From the NCBI GenBank assembly GCA_046485075.1, contig JAWOHR010000088.1, forward strand, positions 2,790 to 66,789: 64,000 nt of DNA, written 5' to 3'. The notes beneath the pieces are model-generated. The model made no database searches. It worked only from the letters and a program-made list of their open reading frames with translations, and was not told the origin of the DNA. The translations under genes were made by a program, and so were the position numbers. This document shows positions 9,900-19,490 of the stretch, one piece after another. This DNA is from Bacteroidales bacterium. Its GTDB lineage: Bacteria > Bacteroidota > Bacteroidia > Bacteroidales > GCA-2748055. How positions within the stretch are numbered: position 1 is the stretch's first letter; every line of letters starts with the position of its first letter.

Positions 9900-11648
9900 A
9901 TGAACAAAAATACAGAAATCCTGAAAGAGGTTACCAAAAGAGCACAGGCATGGTTGGATAGCCCCATCGATGAAACATCCAGGCAGACCATACGGACCAT
10001 GATAAAGGAAAATGAAACGGAGCTCATTGAGAGTTTTTACCGTGACCTCGACTTCGGGACCGGAGGCCTCAGGGGTATCATGGGGGTAGGAACAAACCGG
10101 ATGAACATCTATACTGTGGGTATGGCCACCCAGGGATTGTGCAACTACCTGATTAAACAGTTCAGACACCGCGATCAGATCAGCGTGGCCATTGCCTACG
10201 ACTGCCGGAATAACAGTCCGCTTTTTGCAGAGATCACGGCACAAATTTGTATAGCGAACGGCATCAAAGCCTACCTGTTTGAGAGCCTGCGCCCTACCCC
10301 CGAGCTCAGTTTTGCCATCCGGCAGATGGGATGCCAGAGCGGTGTGGTGGTAACTGCCTCGCACAATCCCAAGGAGTACAATGGTTACAAGGTATACTGG
10401 GAAGACGGTGGCCAGATTATCAATCCCCACGATGAGAACATTATCAAAGAAGTTCAGAAGATCAAATCAATCGGGGAAGTTAAATTCGGCGGAGATAAAA
10501 GTGAAATCATAGTTCTTGGGGAAGAGACAGATGCGCTTTATATTGAAGAGGTGGCTAAACTATCCATTCATCCCGGGGTAATTGCAGCAAATTCGGATAT
10601 AAAAATCGTTTACACACCCATCCACGGATCCGGAGTAAAAATGGTACCCAGAGCCCTGAAAAGGATCGGATTCACAAATATCTATAATGTGCCTGAGCAG
10701 GATGTGGTGGATGGAAATTTCCCCACAGTAATCTCCCCGAACCCGGAGGAACCGGCTGCACTGGAAATGGCACTTAAAAGAGCAGACCAGGTGGGTGCCG
10801 ATATGGTAATGGCCAGTGATCCCGATGCAGACCGGGTGGGCATAGCCATCCGGGATAACCATGGCCGGTTGATGCTTGTAAATGGGAACCAGACCGCCTC
10901 CCTCCTCTCATACTACCTGTTGTCGCAATGGTCCGAGAAGGGGAAACTCACCGGTAAAGAGTACATGGTCAAAACGGTGGTGACCACAGAATTGATTGCT
11001 GAAATGGCCAACCACTACAAGGTCCCCTGTTGGGATGTTCTTACCGGCTTCAAATTTATTGCCGATATCATCCGAAGGAATGAAGATTCCATGACATTTA
11101 TCGGGGGAGGTGAAGAGAGTTACGGCTTCATGATCGGAGATTTTGTGCGGGACAAAGATGCGGTTTCTTCATGCGCCATGTTAGCCGAAATCGCAGCCTG
11201 GGCAAAAAGCCGGGGGATGACCATGTTTGATTTACTGATGGAGATGTACCAGAAGTTTTCCATTTACCAGGAATCATTGATCAACGTGGTGCGGAAGGGA
11301 AAAGCGGGGGCAGAGGAGATCCAGCAGATGATGGTGGAATTCCGAAATAATCCGCCACAAAGCCTGAACGGATCACCGGTGACCACCATTCGTGACTACC
11401 TCGAACAGCAGAGCACCGATACCTTTACAAAGAAAAAGACCCCCATCGATCTACCAAAATCCAACGTACTCCAGTTCCTGCTAAAGGATGGGAGTAAAAT
11501 CTCTGTCAGGCCTTCGGGTACTGAACCAAAAATTAAATTCTATTTCAGTGTATCCGGCAAGCTGGAGAAGAGAGAAGATTATGAGAAGGTAAAAGCGAAA
11601 CTCGAAGCGAAAATCCGCGGGATAGCAAACGAGTTAAAACTCAACTGA
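9900..11648 (+). CDS. phosphoglucomutase/phosphomannomutase-family phosphosugar mutase
   Basis: Active-site [14 protein letters not shown], Mg-binding ASDPDADR, sugar-binding GGEESYG, phosphate-binding [10 protein letters not shown]. The ORF track starts at 9852 inside rfbD, so the in-frame ATG at 9900 (MNKNTEIL) is preferred. Confidence 0.88.
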   Translation: MNKNTEILKEVTKRAQAWLDSPIDETSRQTIRTMIKENETELIESFYRDLDFGTGGLRGIMGVGTNRMNIYTVGMATQGLCNYLIKQFRHRDQISVAIAYDCRNNSPLFAEITAQICIANGIKAYLFESLRPTPELSFAIRQMGCQSGVVVTASHNPKEYNGYKVYWEDGGQIINPHDENIIKEVQKIKSIGEVKFGGDKSEIIVLGEETDALYIEEVAKLSIHPGVIAANSDIKIVYTPIHGSGVKMVPRALKRIGFTNIYNVPEQDVVDGNFPTVISPNPEEPAALEMALKRADQVGADMVMASDPDADRVGIAIRDNHGRLMLVNGNQTASLLSYYLLSQWSEKGKLTGKEYMVKTVVTTELIAEMANHYKVPCWDVLTGFKFIADIIRRNEDSMTFIGGGEESYGFMIGDFVRDKDAVSSCAMLAEIAAWAKSRGMTMFDLLMEMYQKFSIYQESLINVVRKGKAGAEEIQQMMVEFRNNPPQSLNGSPVTTIRDYLEQQSTDTFTKKKTPIDLPKSNVLQFLLKDGSKISVRPSGTEPKIKFYFSVSGKLEKREDYEKVKAKLEAKIRGIANELKLN

Positions 11649-11656
11649 TCCTGATT

Positions 11657-12073
11657 ATGAAATCGTACCGTAAGGAACTCTGGTTCGACATCGCCCGGCG
11701 AAGGGAACTGATCAACATCACCCGGGAGGTACAGGCCTGCCTGACAGAGAGTGGCATCAAAGAGGGTCTGATCCTGGTAAACGCCATGCACATCACAGCC
11801 TCTGTCTTTGTCAATGATGATGAGTCAGGACTGCACCATGACTTTGAGGTGTGGCTGGAGAAGCTTGCTCCCGAAAAACCTTACAGTCAATACAGGCATA
11901 ATGGTTTTGAGGACAATGCCGATGCACATCTCAAACGCACCATTATGGGACGCGAGGTTGTAGTGGCCGTCACCGGGGGTAAAATGGATTTCGGCCCCTG
12001 GGAGCAGATCTTTTACGGAGAGTTCGACGGCAAGCGCCGTAAACGGGTACTTGTGAAAATTATCGGAGAGTAG
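11657..12073 (+). CDS. YjbQ/UPF0047 family protein (secondary thiamine-phosphate synthase type)
   Basis: 138 aa. [31 protein letters not shown] blocks typical of the family. Confidence 0.85.
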   Translation: MKSYRKELWFDIARRRELINITREVQACLTESGIKEGLILVNAMHITASVFVNDDESGLHHDFEVWLEKLAPEKPYSQYRHNGFEDNADAHLKRTIMGREVVVAVTGGKMDFGPWEQIFYGEFDGKRRKRVLVKIIGE

Positions 12074-12078
12074 GAGTA

Positions 12079-13938
12079 TCAGGAACCATCATCTGCCAGT
12101 TGCAGGGATGAAATGGTCTGGTTCAGGCCCCGCTTAATCTGCTTCTCCGAAAGGACTTCAGACGCTGTTCTATTCCAGTTGGTGTACCAGGTGTCGAATC
12201 CCAGGTTAAACTCCTGTTCCGAGACCTTCCCGTCAGCATCAGCATCCATTGCAGACAGGAACAATCTGGCAACCCACTCCTGTTTGCCGGGAGACCCTTT
12301 TGCCGCAGAATAACCATCATCAAGTCCTTCAGATCTTCCTGCCAGTTGATCCTCCACCGATTTGCTTCTGGCAGCCACAAATCCTTTGATGGGTTTTGCG
12401 GAAGGATCCGAACCAAAACTGCCGGGAGAAGGGGCGGGATCGCCAGGGTTCCTTGCCGGAAGAATATTTGCATAGCTATGGTGCGAGTCTAGGGAAACCA
12501 GCCGGTTAAACAATTCCAGGTTTTCGGGAGAATCATCGCGTATGGCCGGACGAAGGACCCCGGCGAGCGCTTCAACCTGGGCATTAATGCGCTCAGGCAT
12601 GAAAAGAGAATCATTCATCACCTTTATATGCGACAAATAGGAATCTTTGAATTCAGGGATATTGAATAATCTCTCAAGAAACAGATTTTCTTTATCCCAG
12701 GGTTTGTTCAGACTTAGTTGTTCCCTCTCTTGCTGGGTTCTGGTCCACTGGCCGAATGAATGATCCTGGTCCCATGGGATAAAAATAAACTTATGGGTAT
12801 CGGGTTTCAAATAAAGATAGAAATTCTGACCGGAGCCTAAAATACCGTCAAGGTCACTGATCAGTACGGTGACAGCCAGGTAACGGGCGGTTTCATTTAG
12901 ATCAATAAAGTCACCAATCCGGGCTGAGAATTCATAATCGGAGGAGTGGGTAACCAGTCTGCACAAATCTATTAACCGCCATTTCGCTTCATCGGTCATC
13001 CCGGATTTAGGATCATAGATCTGATCATATGCCTCCCAACGATCACCAAGGTCACGGAACAGGAAAGGGGTGACTGGTTTAAGAATTGCACCCTTCTTCG
13101 TTCCGAACCTCTCCTGGATGAATTGCTTATCAACATTTTCGACAATGGAATAGAGCCCGAAATACTCCTTATCATATTTTCCCGGCACAGAAACATACAC
13201 CCTGGCATAACTGGTCCGGGGTGCAGGCACTCCGGCATCTCTGAAGAGCTGGTGAGCGATTACCTCATTCATGTAGCTGGGATCGGTGATGCAGTTGTGC
13301 AGATTAAGCTTAACCGCACCTCCGACCTCCCTTCCGGGATAGCCATCATTAAAGTCAATTTTAAAGGGTAGTTTCGGGGTACCCATCGCATTAAGGTAGG
13401 TTCCATTGCCTTTATAACGGATGGTTGTTGAAACAAATGAGGTCTGATTAATTTCCAGGTCTGCGGTAGTTTCCGGGTACTCTAAACCCAAAACAGAGGC
13501 AATTCCATTTCTCTCTCCCCTGGCACCTCTAAGGTTAAACCTGTCCCCGTTCAAATGGTAGGTCAGAGCGCCAAATCCGAATCCTATCTGGTCGGCATCA
13601 AGCGGGTCTGAACTTCCGGAACCCCATTCACTGAACCATTTCTTCCCCAGGGACTCAAATTCTGCCTCCGAAAGCATGTCGTCTCCGTCAGAATCGCCGT
13701 CTGCAATAAATGCGGGAGCTATAAAACCTCCATAGCCAAATGCGCCTCCATCTGCTGTCCCGGAATCAATGAAGTTTCCCGGATCCATGGATTCCCAGTT
13801 TTCAGCGGTAAATCCCAGGTGAATTTCCCAGACTTTGGCAGTAATAAAGAGGTTTTGTTCAGGATCATTTGCCAGGGTTAGAACCCACATACAAAAACCC
13901 ATCAGAAACAGACCGGTAATCCTTTTCATGCTCTTCAT
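12079..13938 (-). CDS. secreted CotH kinase-family protein with two EF-hand-like Ca-binding loops
   Basis: 619 aa. Signal peptide, EF-hand loops DSDGDDMLSEAE and DADADGKVSEQE, and CotH core blocks (K.PFKIDF, L.L.N...DPS.M.E, NFYLY..P....F.FIPWDQDHSFG). Confidence 0.8.
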   Translation of the reverse strand: MKSMKRITGLFLMGFCMWVLTLANDPEQNLFITAKVWEIHLGFTAENWESMDPGNFIDSGTADGGAFGYGGFIAPAFIADGDSDGDDMLSEAEFESLGKKWFSEWGSGSSDPLDADQIGFGFGALTYHLNGDRFNLRGARGERNGIASVLGLEYPETTADLEINQTSFVSTTIRYKGNGTYLNAMGTPKLPFKIDFNDGYPGREVGGAVKLNLHNCITDPSYMNEVIAHQLFRDAGVPAPRTSYARVYVSVPGKYDKEYFGLYSIVENVDKQFIQERFGTKKGAILKPVTPFLFRDLGDRWEAYDQIYDPKSGMTDEAKWRLIDLCRLVTHSSDYEFSARIGDFIDLNETARYLAVTVLISDLDGILGSGQNFYLYLKPDTHKFIFIPWDQDHSFGQWTRTQQEREQLSLNKPWDKENLFLERLFNIPEFKDSYLSHIKVMNDSLFMPERINAQVEALAGVLRPAIRDDSPENLELFNRLVSLDSHHSYANILPARNPGDPAPSPGSFGSDPSAKPIKGFVAARSKSVEDQLAGRSEGLDDGYSAAKGSPGKQEWVARLFLSAMDADADGKVSEQEFNLGFDTWYTNWNRTASEVLSEKQIKRGLNQTISSLQLADDGS

Positions 13939-14077
13939 CCGTGTTTATATTTCATAACAACGGATGCGGGCGATCCACAAGAAAGAACTTGCTGTTTAAC
14001 AAATATTTAACACCCAGAATCCCATAGGGATCTGATAAGTTAAGAGAACCTCTTGGGGGGCTTGTCAGGAATAACTC

Positions 14078-14332
14078 CTAGTAATTGCTCTTTCTTGGCT
14101 TGGCCTCGTTGACCACAATGTTTCTGTTTCCCAGCGATGATTCATTTAATCCGGCAATTGCTTTTTTGGCTTCTGCATTATCATCCATGGTAACAAATCC
14201 AAAGCCCTTGCTTCTGCCATTGTACTTGTCTGTAATAATACTCGACGAACTTACTGTACCGTATTCAGAAAATAATTTCTCCAGGTCATCCTCAGTTACC
14301 TTATAGTCAAGATTTCCAACATAAATATTCAT
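14078..14332 (-). CDS. RRM-type RNA-binding protein
   Basis: 84 aa. RNP2 IYVGNL and RNP1 KGFGFVTM motifs. Confidence 0.92.
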   Translation of the reverse strand: MNIYVGNLDYKVTEDDLEKLFSEYGTVSSSSIITDKYNGRSKGFGFVTMDDNAEAKKAIAGLNESSLGNRNIVVNEAKPRKSNY

Positions 14333-14355
14333 AATACTCTTAATTTAATGAGGTA

Positions 14356-14363
14356 CAAAGGTA
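14356..14363 (-). promoter_or_regulatory. candidate -7 box TACCTTTG for the RRM gene
   Basis: The reverse complement of caaaggta matches TAnnTTTG, 23 nt upstream of the ATG at 14332. Confidence 0.35.
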
Positions 14364-14476
14364 ATTCAATATTTAATATAAATCCCATACTGTGGATTTT
14401 CATCCCTTTGAAGCACCGGTTCGTACCTCTAAAGGGAGAATTAAACCATAAATTTGACACCGTAAAAATCAAATTG

Positions 14477-14484
14477 TATTTTTG
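14477..14484 (+). promoter_or_regulatory. candidate -7 box TATTTTTG for the radical-SAM gene
   Basis: Matches TAnnTTTG, 23 nt upstream of the ATG at 14508. Confidence 0.35.
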
Positions 14485-14507
14485 AAACTGTTGTTAAATA
14501 ATTAGTT

Positions 14508-15989
14508 ATGAATATTTTACTCATTAACCCAAGACATCCTGATACATACTGGAGTTTCAGACATGCCATCAGATTTATTTTAAAAAAAGCTTCCAATCCG
14601 CCGCTGGGTCTGATTACTGTTTCTGCCATGCTTCCCCATGAATGGCATAAAAAACTGGTGGATCTGAATTGCCATCTGTTGAACGATTCAGACATTCGTT
14701 GGGCCGATTACGTGTTTATCAGCGCTATGTCCATTCAAAGTGATTCAGTCTCTTTGGTAATTCAAAGGTGCAAGGCCCTGCACAAAAAGATTGTCGCAGG
14801 CGGACCTCTTTTTACCGGAGATCCTGATTCATTCGCGGACCTGGAACATCTGATTCTTAATGAAGCGGAGATTACGCTTCCCCTTTTCCTGGCCGATCTC
14901 AAAAATAATACTCCCAAAAGGGTATACAGCACCGGTGATTTTGCCGATCTCCTCACCTCCCCTGTTCCGGACTACCACCTGATCAAAGCATCCAACTATG
15001 CCCAGTTAAGCATCCAGTATTCACGTGGATGTCCACATCATTGTGAATTCTGTGAAATCACCGCACTGCTCGGACACAGGGTCAGAACAAAGTCCACCAT
15101 TCAGATTCTGAACGAGCTTGAAAATATCCTGAAAACAGGTTACCGGGGTAACATCTTCTTTGTGGACGACAATTTCATCGGGAACAGGCACAAGCTTAAA
15201 AAGGATCTTCTTCCGGCCATTGCAGCGTGGAACAGGAATCATAAGTACCCGTTCTCCTTCACCACCGAAGCCTCCATAGACCTTTCCGATGATCCTGCAC
15301 TGATGGCCGGTATGGCTGAGGCCGGTTTCGAAAAGGTTTTCGTGGGAATAGAAACTGTGGATGAGGTGTGTCTGAAGGAGTGCGATAAGCATTTGAATCT
15401 GCAACACAACCTCCTTGAGAGTGTCCGGAAGATTCAGTCTTCAGGCATTGAAGTATCAGCCGGTTTTATTGTAGGTTTTGATAACGACTCTGCCGGTATT
15501 TTCCAGCGCCAGATCGATTTTATCCAGCAGAGCGGCATTATTACTGCCATGGTCGGACTGCTGAATGCCCCTAACCATACCAGGTTATATAAACGACTTA
15601 GCGGTGAAGGAAGGATTATTCATAAAAGCGGGGGTGATAACACCAACTACTCCATCAATTTCATCCCTAAAATGAATCTGGAGGTTCTGATGGAGGGTTA
15701 CCGGTCTATCCTTACCAACATCTATTCAAATAAACCATACTATCTTCGTTTGACAGGCTTTTTGAAAAAATTTGAACCTGCAGTAAAAACCAGGAAGCGG
15801 ATTACCCGGGGAAAAATATGGGCGCTTTTTCGTTCCGCACTCTTCATTGGCATCATCAGCAAGGGAAGGCTTTACTACTGGAAACTTGTCATCTGGAGCC
15901 TTTTTACAAGGCCTAAATTGCTTCCCCTTGCCATCACATACAGCATTTATGGTTACCACTTCCGGAAAGTCTACAACATCGATTCCTGA
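14508..15989 (+). CDS. B12-binding-domain radical SAM protein (DUF4070-type C-terminus)
   Basis: 493 aa. N-terminal cobalamin-binding-like domain, CxxxCxxC cluster motif GCPHHCEFC, and a long C-terminal extension. Confidence 0.85.
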   Translation: MNILLINPRHPDTYWSFRHAIRFILKKASNPPLGLITVSAMLPHEWHKKLVDLNCHLLNDSDIRWADYVFISAMSIQSDSVSLVIQRCKALHKKIVAGGPLFTGDPDSFADLEHLILNEAEITLPLFLADLKNNTPKRVYSTGDFADLLTSPVPDYHLIKASNYAQLSIQYSRGCPHHCEFCEITALLGHRVRTKSTIQILNELENILKTGYRGNIFFVDDNFIGNRHKLKKDLLPAIAAWNRNHKYPFSFTTEASIDLSDDPALMAGMAEAGFEKVFVGIETVDEVCLKECDKHLNLQHNLLESVRKIQSSGIEVSAGFIVGFDNDSAGIFQRQIDFIQQSGIITAMVGLLNAPNHTRLYKRLSGEGRIIHKSGGDNTNYSINFIPKMNLEVLMEGYRSILTNIYSNKPYYLRLTGFLKKFEPAVKTRKRITRGKIWALFRSALFIGIISKGRLYYWKLVIWSLFTRPKLLPLAITYSIYGYHFRKVYNIDS

Positions 15990-17401
15990 ACCGGAACAAA
16001 CTGTTTGGCCAGGTTAACCAGGTAGAGCCTTTCCGAAGCCCTGGTAAAAGCCGTATAGAGCCATCTCAGGTAGTCCTGGTTCAACATCTCATCCGTAAAA
16101 AAACCCTGATCGAGAAAGACTGATTTCCACTGTCCACCCTGCGCCTTATGGCAGGTCACAGCATAGGCGAACTTCACCTGGAGCGCATTGTAATAGGGAT
16201 CGGCTGAAATTTTGAGGGCCTTCTGCCTGCGACTGGCAGCCTCGGGGTAGTCCTCTGCAACGGAAATATAGAGGCCTTTTTGCTCCTCCTTCCCCAGTGA
16301 AGCGGTCTCCAAATCGATCACATCCAGCAAAACTTTCGCACGAAGTTCGATTTGCCCGTAATCGGGAAGGGAGATCTCCACATCTGCAAACTTATGCCCG
16401 TGGACCTCTTCTGTACCCAATATGCGTTCTACCTTGACAATATCACCGTTGGCAATGAAATCAATTCTGTTTTCGCCATCCTTCCAGAAGTAGTTGTTTT
16501 TAACCACCATAAGCAGATCGCCTGCAGTCAGTTGCTCCTCACGACACAGAATCTGACTTCTTATTCCGGCATTAAAGCGATTCGCGCGTTTATTGGAACG
16601 GGTCACCACGATGGTCTCCCCGATACCATACCGGTCGTAGCTGGCACTAATGGTTTCCAGCAGATCAACACCAGAGACCATGGTGATGTCTTCAAAGGAA
16701 TCAAAATTAAAATCGGGGTATTCCCTGATTTGTGCTGAAATCAGCTTCCTGATGGAGGTGGCGTTATAAAGGATCCCCGATCCTTCAGCCTGCCGGATCA
16801 CATCGGTCATCTCAATTTCGCGTACCCGGTATCCAAACTGTTCCAGTCTCTGACGATTCAGCGCCGGGCTGATTTCCAGTCCCACCGGCGGAAGTTGTGC
16901 AGTATCACCCACCAGGACCAGTCTGCAGGATGAACCCATCTCCACAAAATCGAGCAGATCACGCAACAGATCACCTGATCCAAAAACAGTGTCCGGCGAC
17001 CTGTCCCCGATCATCGAGGCTTCATCCACAATAAAATAGGTGTTCTTATGAAGATTTTTATCCAGAACGAACTCCCCCAGCCCATCCCTGCCTGTTTTTT
17101 GTCTGTAAATCTTCTTATGAATGGTCCATGCTGAACTGCCCGTATAGGCGCTGAGCACCTTGGCTGCCCGACCTGTAGGTGCCAGCAAAACGCATTCCTG
17201 ATTCATGAAGGCCAGTGTTTTTACCAGGCTGTTTACAAGGGTGGTCTTCCCTGTCCCGGCATATCCTCGCACAAGCATTACTTCACCCGGATCATCCGAG
17301 GCCACAAATCCTCCCAGTTCATCCATCATCGCAATCTGCCCCCGGGTAGGCTGAAATGCAAGATTTTCAAGTATTTTGGAGGCAATAAATTTTCTCAGCA
17401 T
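15971..17401 (-). CDS. SF1 RecD/Pif1-like ATP-dependent DNA helicase
   Basis: 476 aa. Walker A GYAGTGKTT, Walker B IVDEASM, GD..QLPPV, and C-terminal AVTCHKAQGGQW. The 3' end overlaps the convergent radical-SAM gene by 19 nt. Confidence 0.78.
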   Translation of the reverse strand: MLRKFIASKILENLAFQPTRGQIAMMDELGGFVASDDPGEVMLVRGYAGTGKTTLVNSLVKTLAFMNQECVLLAPTGRAAKVLSAYTGSSAWTIHKKIYRQKTGRDGLGEFVLDKNLHKNTYFIVDEASMIGDRSPDTVFGSGDLLRDLLDFVEMGSSCRLVLVGDTAQLPPVGLEISPALNRQRLEQFGYRVREIEMTDVIRQAEGSGILYNATSIRKLISAQIREYPDFNFDSFEDITMVSGVDLLETISASYDRYGIGETIVVTRSNKRANRFNAGIRSQILCREEQLTAGDLLMVVKNNYFWKDGENRIDFIANGDIVKVERILGTEEVHGHKFADVEISLPDYGQIELRAKVLLDVIDLETASLGKEEQKGLYISVAEDYPEAASRRQKALKISADPYYNALQVKFAYAVTCHKAQGGQWKSVFLDQGFFTDEMLNQDYLRWLYTAFTRASERLYLVNLAKQFVPVQESML

Positions 17402-17450
17402 GGCCCTTGATTAATGCACAATTAAAAATTTATAATATACTTTTTTTTAC

Positions 17451-17458
17451 TAAATTTG
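17451..17458 (+). promoter_or_regulatory. candidate -7 box TAAATTTG
   Basis: Matches TAnnTTTG, 25 nt upstream of the ATG at 17484. Confidence 0.35.
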
Positions 17459-17483
17459 TGCGCAAACTAAAATAGCATACCCC

Positions 17484-18119
17484 ATGAGAAGAGTAATCCA
17501 GGTTCTGTTTGTATTAATAATCATCGTTTTAGGTTATTTGATTGTTGAGAGTATCATGGAACCAATACGCTTTAATAAAGAAGTTAAAGTCAGGGAATCT
17601 GCCACCATAAAAAGACTGATTGAAATCAGGGAAGCTCAGAAAGCATATAAAGACATCTACAAACAATATACGGGAAGTTTTGATACCCTCATCTCTTTTC
17701 TGGATACTTCTTATTTTCAGGTTGTGAAAGCCATTGGTGATATTCCCGAAGATTGGCTGGAAGAAATGGGGTTTGATAAGGCCCGTATCAAGGCTCTTGC
17801 CGAGGGCATCATCATCCGTGATATCACACAGGTTCCGGTTCTGGACTCCCTCTTTGGTGAAGGTTTCAACTCAGACTCGCTGCGGTATGTCCCTTACACA
17901 AAAGGGGTGCAATTCACCATGGAATCGGGTGAAATTCTTACCTCATCCAACCTGACGGTCCAGGTTTTGGAGGTGTCTGTTTTGTATGATGATTTACTGA
18001 AAGGAATGGATGAACAGCTGATCGTGAATTACAAAGACGAACGAATGAAAATTGTAGGATTCGAAGGGGTAAAATTCGGATCATTGGAAGAGGGTACGGT
18101 TACCGGAAACTGGGAATAA
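17484..18119 (+). CDS. hypothetical membrane-anchored protein
   Basis: 211 aa. Single N-terminal hydrophobic helix (VIQVLFVLIIIVLGYLIV). No family recognised. It is the first gene of a tightly spaced three-gene set ending in rsmD. Confidence 0.5.
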   Translation: MRRVIQVLFVLIIIVLGYLIVESIMEPIRFNKEVKVRESATIKRLIEIREAQKAYKDIYKQYTGSFDTLISFLDTSYFQVVKAIGDIPEDWLEEMGFDKARIKALAEGIIIRDITQVPVLDSLFGEGFNSDSLRYVPYTKGVQFTMESGEILTSSNLTVQVLEVSVLYDDLLKGMDEQLIVNYKDERMKIVGFEGVKFGSLEEGTVTGNWE

Positions 18120-18133
18120 TTTCGAAGATACCC

Positions 18134-18970
18134 ATGCAGGTAGAGGGTATTATATCGAATTCCATCACACAAGAAATCAGACTAAAAGGTCACCAGGCCA
18201 TCCGTTTCTCTGCGGATGGCTTTTCGATTCTTATCTCTGACGCCAGTTATAAACCTGTGTATCTGAAGCAGTTTTATTACGATTCATCTGTCCCGGCCTC
18301 CAAGTTCCCTGCAGAATGCGCACGTATTCTGGAAGATCAGCATTTGCTCGACTTTAAAGGCGAAACCGTATTTATCCTGGATTCTCTTTCGTCAACTGTT
18401 GTCCCGGAGCAGCTTTTCAACCCATCCGATTCCCGGTCTATGCTTGAAAAAACGGCCGAGGTTGCGGAAACTGATATCGTTGCACATCGATACATCAGGG
18501 ATAGGGACCTGAATATTCTGTATACCATCACCCCCGACCTGGAGAATCTTAAAGAAAAGATTTCCGGCAGGGTTCAGATCCTCCACGCTTCAGAATGCCT
18601 GTTATCGCTCTCCGACCAGGTGCAGGCCAGTGACCACCAAAGGGGATTTATCCTTCTGGAAGTTCAGAAATACACCCTGGAAATTCTTATTATCCAGAAA
18701 GACAGGGTCACGTTGATGAATCACTACATCTTGAAGGATCCATCCGACTTTATATACCATACCCTGAATACCCTGAAACAGTTGGATCTGGATCGCGAGA
18801 GCATCCCTGTTTACCTTTCCGGAATGATCCACCCTGAACATGAGCTATTCGGACTGCTGGGGAAGTACATCCGGCACATCAAAACAACCCCATACTACCT
18901 GGAGGAGCTTTCCAGGACCCAGATGCTCCGTTTTATGATTCTTTCGGAGGGAAGCAAGTGCGTATCATAA
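18134..18970 (+). CDS. hypothetical protein (possibly DUF3822 family)
   Basis: 278 aa. The assignment rests only on size and on my recollection of synteny with rsmD in Bacteroidota. It overlaps the rsmD start by 13 nt. Confidence 0.4.
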   Translation: MQVEGIISNSITQEIRLKGHQAIRFSADGFSILISDASYKPVYLKQFYYDSSVPASKFPAECARILEDQHLLDFKGETVFILDSLSSTVVPEQLFNPSDSRSMLEKTAEVAETDIVAHRYIRDRDLNILYTITPDLENLKEKISGRVQILHASECLLSLSDQVQASDHQRGFILLEVQKYTLEILIIQKDRVTLMNHYILKDPSDFIYHTLNTLKQLDLDRESIPVYLSGMIHPEHELFGLLGKYIRHIKTTPYYLEELSRTQMLRFMILSEGSKCVS

Positions 18971-19488
18971 GCGGAGCATACAGGGGCAAACAGATTCACC
19001 CGCCAAAGAATTTCAGGGCAAGGCCGACCACCGATTTTGCAAAAGAGAGCCTGTTTAATATCCTGTCGAACAGATACGATATGGATGAGCTTGATGTCCT
19101 GGACCTTTTCTCGGGAACGGGTAGCATCACCTATGAATTTGTTTCACGCGGAGCACGCACCGTCGTCGCAATCGAGAAGGAACATGTCCACTTCAATTTC
19201 ATCCGCAAAACCTGTCAGGAACTGAAGATGGACCTCGTTACAGTGATCAGGGGGGATGTATTCAGATACCTGAACAGGCCCTCCCAGTCCTTCGACATTA
19301 TCTTTGCCGACCCTCCCTACGACAACCCCCTGCTGGACACTTTGCCCGATCTGGTCTTTCATTCAAATATCCTGGCAAAGGAAGGAACCTTCATCCTCGA
19401 ACACCCGGGCAGCCACTCCTTCACTTCCCACAGTCACTTTTTTGAACACAGGAAGTATGGAGGAGTGAACTTCAGCTTTTTCAAGTAA
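18958..19488 (+). CDS. rsmD: 16S rRNA (guanine966-N2)-methyltransferase
   Basis: 176 aa. MRIISG..RG, RPT.D..KE.LFN, SAM site DLFSGTG, catalytic ADPPY. Confidence 0.87.
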   Translation: MRIISGAYRGKQIHPPKNFRARPTTDFAKESLFNILSNRYDMDELDVLDLFSGTGSITYEFVSRGARTVVAIEKEHVHFNFIRKTCQELKMDLVTVIRGDVFRYLNRPSQSFDIIFADPPYDNPLLDTLPDLVFHSNILAKEGTFILEHPGSHSFTSHSHFFEHRKYGGVNFSFFK

Positions 19489-19490
19489 CC

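Noticed and set aside
17484-18119. Pilin-like appearance of the 211-aa protein (an N-terminal hydrophobic helix followed by an AQKAY...Y.G.F..L segment).
   Set aside because: It lacks the prepilin G/F cleavage site and the Glu5 position. The hydrophobic segment precedes rather than follows the acidic residue. The resemblance is too weak to report.
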